Of a stretch of DNA of 64,000 bases, positions 60,218-64,000 are shown piece after piece (the stretch's first letter is position 1; every line of letters begins with the position of its first letter). The notes beneath the pieces were generated by a model. The model was given only the letters and a program-made list of their open reading frames with translations, was not told the origin of the DNA and did no database searches. Position numbers and translations under genes: made by a program. Origin of the DNA: Eledone cirrhosa. Lineage: Eukaryota. The stretch covers positions 180,792,001 to 180,856,000 of the forward strand of contig OZ024743.1 in NCBI GenBank assembly GCA_964016885.1, in the 5' to 3' direction.

Positions 60218-62563
60218 TGTAGTTGTTGTTGGTGGCGGTGTTGTAGTTGTAGTTGTTGGTGGTGGTGTTGTAGTTGTAGTTGTTTTTGGTGGTGGTGTTG
60301 TAGTTGTAGTTGTTGTTGTTGGTGGTGGTGTTGTAGTTGTAGTTGTTGGTGGTGGTGTTGTAGTTGTTGTTGGTGGTGGTGTTGTAGTTGTAGTTGTTGT
60401 TGTTGGTGGTGGTGTTGTAGTTGTAGTTGTTGGTGGTGGTGTTGTTGTAGTTGTTGTTGGTGGTGGTGTTGTTGTTGTTGTTGGTGGTGGTGGTGTTGTA
60501 GTTGTAGTTGTTGTTGGTGTTGTTGTAGTTGTTGTTGGTGGTGGTGTTGTTGTAGTTGTTGTTGTTGGTGGTGTTGTAGTTGTTGTTGGTGGTGGTGGTG
60601 GTGTCGTAGTTGTTGTTGGTGGTGGTGGTGGTGTTGTAGTTGTAGTTGTTGTTGGTGGTGTTGTTGTTGTTGTAGTTGTTGTTGGTGGTGTTGTTGTTGT
60701 TGTAGTTGTAGTTGTTGTTGGTGGTGGTGTTGTAGTTGTTGTTGGTGGTGGTGTTGTTGTTGTTGTAGTTGTTGTAGTTGTAGTTGTTGTTGGTGGTGGT
60801 GTTGTTGTAGTTGTTGTTGTTGTAGTTGTAGTTGTTGGTGGTGGCGGTGTTGTTGTTGTAGTTGTTGTTGGTGGCGGTGTTGTTGTTGTTGTTGTTGGTG
60901 GTGGTGGTGTTGTTGAAGTTGTTGTTGTTGGTGGTGTTGTAGTTGTAGTTGTTGGTGGTGTTGTAGTTGTAGTTGTTGTTGGTGGTGGTGTTGTTGTTGT
61001 AGTTGTAGTTGTAGTTGTTGTTGGTGGTGGTGTTGTAGTTGTAGTTGTTGTTGGTGGTGGTGTTGTTGTTGTAGTTGTAGTTGTAGTTGTTGTTGGTGGT
61101 GTTCTAGTTGTAGTTGTTGTTGGTGGTGGTGGTGTTGTAGTTGTAGTTGTTGTTGTTGGTGGTGTTGTTTTTGTTGTAGTTGTTGTTGTTGGTGGTGGTG
61201 TTGTTGTTGTTGGTGGTGGTGTTGTAGTTGTTGTTGGTGGTGGTGTTGTAGTTGTAGTTGTTGTTGGTGGTGGTGTTGTTGTAGTTGTTGTTGGTGGTGG
61301 TGTTGTAGTTGTTGTTGTTGGTGGTGTTGTAGTTGTTGTTGTTGGTGGTGTTGTAGTTGTTGTTGGTGGTGGTGTTGTAGTTGTTGTTGTTGGTGGTGGT
61401 GTTGTAGTTGTTGTTGTTGGTGGTGTTGTAGTTGTAGTTGTTGTTGGTGGTGGTGTTGTTGTAGTTGTTGTTGGTGGTGGTGTTGTTGTAGTTGTAGTTG
61501 TTGTTGTTGGTGGTGTTGTTTTTGTTGTAGTTGTTGTTGGTGGTGGTGGTGTTGTTGTAGTTGTTGTTGGTGGCGGTGTTGTAGTTGTAGTTGTTGTTGG
61601 TGGTGGTGGTGTTGTAGTTGTAGTTGTTGTTGGTGGTGGTGTTGTAGTTGTAGTTGTTGTTGGTGGTGGTGGTGTTGTAGTTGTAGTTGTTGTTGTTGGT
61701 GGTGTTGTTTTTGTTGTAGTTGTTGTTGTTGGTGGTGGTGTTGTTGTAGTTGTTGTTGGTGGTGGTGTTGTAGTTGTAGTTGTTGTTGTTGGTGGTGTTG
61801 TAGTTGTAGTTGTTGTTGGTGGTGGTGTTGTAGTTGTAGTTGTTGTTGGTGGTGGTGTTGTTGTTGTAGTTGTAGTTGTAGTTGTTGTTGGTGGTGTTGT
61901 AGCTGTAGTTGTTGTTGGTGGTGGTGTTGTAGTTGTAGTTGTTGTTGGTGGTGGTGTTGTTGTTGTAGTTGTAGTTGTAGTTGTAGTTGCTGGTGTTGTA
62001 GTTGTAGTTGTTGTTGGTGGTGGTGGTGTTGTAGTTGTAGTTGTTGTTGTTGATGGTGGTGTTGTAGTTGTAGTTGTTGGTGGTGGTGTTGTTGTAGTTG
62101 TTGTTGGTGGTGGTGTTGTTGTTGTTGTTGGTGGTGGTGGTGTTGTAGTTGTAGTTGTTGTTGGTGTTGTTGTAGTTGTTGTTGGTGGTGGTGTTGTTGT
62201 AGTTGTTGTTGTTGGTGGTGTTGTAGTTGTTGTTGGTGGTGGTGGTGGTGTCGTAGTTGTTGTTGGTGGTGGTGGTGTTGTAGTTGTAGTTGTTGTTGGT
62301 GGTGTTGTTGTTGTTGTTGTAGTTGTTGTTGGTGGTGTTGTTGTTGTTGTAGTTGTAGTTGTTGTTGGTGGTGGTGTTGTAGTTGTTGTTGGTGGTGGTG
62401 TTGTTGTTGTTGTAGTTGTTGTTGTTGGTGGTGGTGGTGTTGTTGTAGTTGTTGTTGTTGTAGTTGTAGTTGTTGTTGGTGGTGGTGTTGTTGTAGTTGT
62501 TGTTGTTGTAGTTGTAGTTGTTGGTGGTGGCGGTGTTGTTGTTGTAGTTGTTGTTGGTGGCGG

Positions 62564-62594
<31 letters not shown>

Positions 62595-62821
62595 GTTGTT
62601 GAAGTTGTTGTTGTTGGTGGTGTTGTAGTTGTAGTTGTTGGTGGTGTTGTAGTTGTAGTTGTTGTTGGTGGTGGTGTTGTTGTTGTAGTTGTAGTTGTAG
62701 TTGTTGTTGGTGGTGTTCTAGTTGTAGTTGTTGTTGGTGGTGGTGTTGTTGTAGTTGTTGTTGTTGTAGTTGTAGTTGTTGGTGGTGGCGGTGTTGTTGT
62801 TGTAGTTGTTGTTGGTGGCGG

Positions 62822-62852
<31 letters not shown>

Positions 62853-64000
62853 GTTGTTGAAGTTGTTGGTGGTGGTGTTGTTGTAGTTGTTGTTGTTGGT
62901 GGTGTTGTAGTTGTTGTTGGTGGTGGTGGTGGTGTCGTAGTTGTTGTTGGTGGTGGTGGTGGTGTTGTAGTTGTAGTTGTTGTTGGTGGTGTTGTTGTTG
63001 TTGTAGTTGTTGTTGGTGGTGTTGTTGTTGTTGTAGTTGTAGTTGTTGTTGGTGGTGGTGTTGTAGTTGTTGTTGGTGGTGGTGTTGTTGTTGTTGTAGT
63101 TGTTGTAGTTGTAGTTGTTGTTGGTGGTGGTGTTGTTGTAGTTGTTGTTGTTGTAGTTGTAGTTGTTGGTGGTGGCGGTGTTGTTGTTGTAGTTGTTGTT
63201 GGTGGCGGTGTTGTTGTTGTTGTTGTTGGTGGTGGTGGTGTTGTTGAAGTTGTTGTTGTTGGTGGTGTTGTAGTTGTAGTTGTTGGTGGTGTTGTAGTTG
63301 TAGTTGTTGTTGGTGGTGGTGTTGTTGTTGTAGTTGTTGTTGGTGGTGGTGTTGTTGTTGTAGTTGTAGTTGTAGTTGTTGTTGGTGGTGTTCTAGTTGT
63401 AGTTGTTGTTGGTGGTGGTGGTGTTGTAGTTGTAGTTGTTGTTGTTGGTGGTGTTGTTTTTGTTGTAGTTGTTGTTGTTGGTGGTGGTGTTGTTGTTGTT
63501 GGTGGTGGTGTTGTAGTTGTTGTTGGTGGTGGTGTTGTAGTTGTAGTTGTTGTTGGTGGTGGTGTTGTTGTAGTTGTTGTTGGTGGTGGTGTTGTAGTTG
63601 TTGTTGTTGGTGGTGTTGTAGTTGTTGTTGTTGGTGGTGTTGTAGTTGTTGTTGGTGGTGGTGTTGTAGTTGTTGTTGTTGGTGGTGGTGTTGTAGTTGT
63701 TGTTGTTGGTGGTGTTGTAGTTGTAGTTGTTGTTGGTGGTGGTGTTGTTGTAGTTGTTGTTGGTGGTGGTGTTGTTGTAGTTGTAGTTGTTGTTGTTGGT
63801 GGTGTTGTTTTTGTTGTAGTTGTTGTTGGTGGTGGTGGTGTTGTTGTAGTTGTTGTTGGTGGCGGTGTTGTAGTTGTAGTTGTTGTTGGTGGTGGTGGTG
63901 TTGTAGTTGTAGTTGTTGTTGGTGGTGGTGTTGTAGTTGTAGTTGTTGTTGGTGGTGGTGGTGTTGTAGTTGTAGTTGTTGTTGTTGGTGGTGTTGTTTT
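60218..64000 (-). other. Thr/Pro reading phase (>1,250 codons) entering from beyond the window end
   Basis: Phase is constant from ~60215 to 64000. If it is coding, the 5' part of the gene lies downstream of the window. Confidence 0.18.
60400..64000 (+). repeat. Terminal duplications: ~60520-61710 repeated at ~62870-64000 (offset ~2,331, then 2,289); partial extra copy at ~62060-62730
   Basis: The markers GTGTCGTAG (60601, ~62248, 62932), GTTGAAGTT (~60913, ~62598, ~62836, ~63243), GTTCTAG (61101, ~62715, 63390) and GTTTTTGTT occur in matching order. Confidence 0.85.

Larger units (their letters stand above)
1..64000 (+). repeat. Complex GT-rich tandem array (trinucleotide-based satellite/minisatellite); consensus monomer ~30 bp TGTTGTAGTTGTAGTTGTTGTTGGTGGTGG = (TGT/AGT)~7 (TGG)~3; extends beyond both window ends
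   Basis: Every line of the window parses into TGT, AGT and TGG triplets plus sparse single-base variants. Perfect consensus runs occur at e.g. ~18800-18920 and ~44905-45030. TGG runs are 1-7 long (mode 3). No non-repeat sequence was seen anywhere. Confidence 0.98.

Noticed and set aside
6907-60222. + strand poly-Val/Gly ORFs up to ~1,500 aa (elastin- or silk-like)
   Set aside because: The GTN/GGN frame cannot easily acquire stops, so ORF length is uninformative. Boundaries coincide with phase shifts, and a V7G3 polymer is implausible as a protein. It is not formally excluded, because its wobble position coincides with that of the antisense T/P frame.
109-60916. + strand ORFs encoding poly-Cys/Trp/Ser (metallothionein- or keratin-associated-like) proteins
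   Set aside because: They come from reading TGT/TGG/AGT in frame. Starts are mostly incidental TTG/GTG, ends are sporadic TGA/TAG variants, and there is no non-repetitive domain.
1-64000. CRISPR array (repeat length ~30 bp)
   Set aside because: There are no unique spacers, no palindromic repeat, no leader and no cas genes. The units are directly adjacent.
1-64000. Canonical telomere repeat (TTAGGG, TTAGG, TTTAGGG, TG1-3)
   Set aside because: No arrays of these motifs were seen and GGG is rare. Only the general strand asymmetry is telomere-like, and that is kept as a speculative finding.
1-64000. Pure sequencing or basecalling noise, or simulated low-complexity sequence
   Set aside because: Rare variants and indels recur in the same order across kilobase blocks in a nested hierarchy, which memoryless noise would not produce. 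Local mis-assembly of copy number remains possible.
1-64000. One intact 64-kb mucin CDS with a gene symbol
   Set aside because: There are about 46 phase shifts, stops in the shifted frames (e.g. ~9430, ~17410, ~28231, ~39823), and no start or diagnostic domain. No specific gene can be recognised.
1-64000. tRNA, rRNA, structured ncRNA, terminators, transposon ends
   Set aside because: With almost no C and little A on the + strand, Watson-Crick hairpins and inverted repeats cannot form, and no such motifs were seen.

Overview
The whole 64-kb window is one low-complexity, strand-asymmetric tandem array, with no unique sequence and no array boundary visible. It is built almost entirely from the triplets TGT, AGT and TGG. 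The modal monomer is about 30 bp, TGTTGTAGTTGTAGTTGTTGTTGGTGGTGG (15 T, 13 G, 2 A, 0 C), which implies about 2,100 variable-length units. I found no conventional gene, RNA gene, transposon or CRISPR array. The + strand ORFs in the track (poly-Cys/Trp and poly-Val/Gly) are compositional artefacts. The track missed the minus strand because it has almost no start codons. That strand reads ACA/ACT/CCA = (Thr)7(Pro)3, a mucin-like PTS sequence that stays in phase for up to about 7 kb. By hand I counted about 46 triplet-phase shifts. Of these, 43 fall into five recurring motifs that were copied along with the array, and many occur as phase-restoring sets. Rare variant triplets show nested duplication at about 0.1, 0.55, 1.7-3.8 and 11-12.5 kb. 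The most defensible reading is a complex GT-rich satellite with higher-order structure, probably eukaryotic (inference). It could be derived from, or be part of, a giant Thr/Pro mucin-type exon. A subtelomeric or telomere-like role is an untested alternative. All counts and offsets were made by eye and are approximate.
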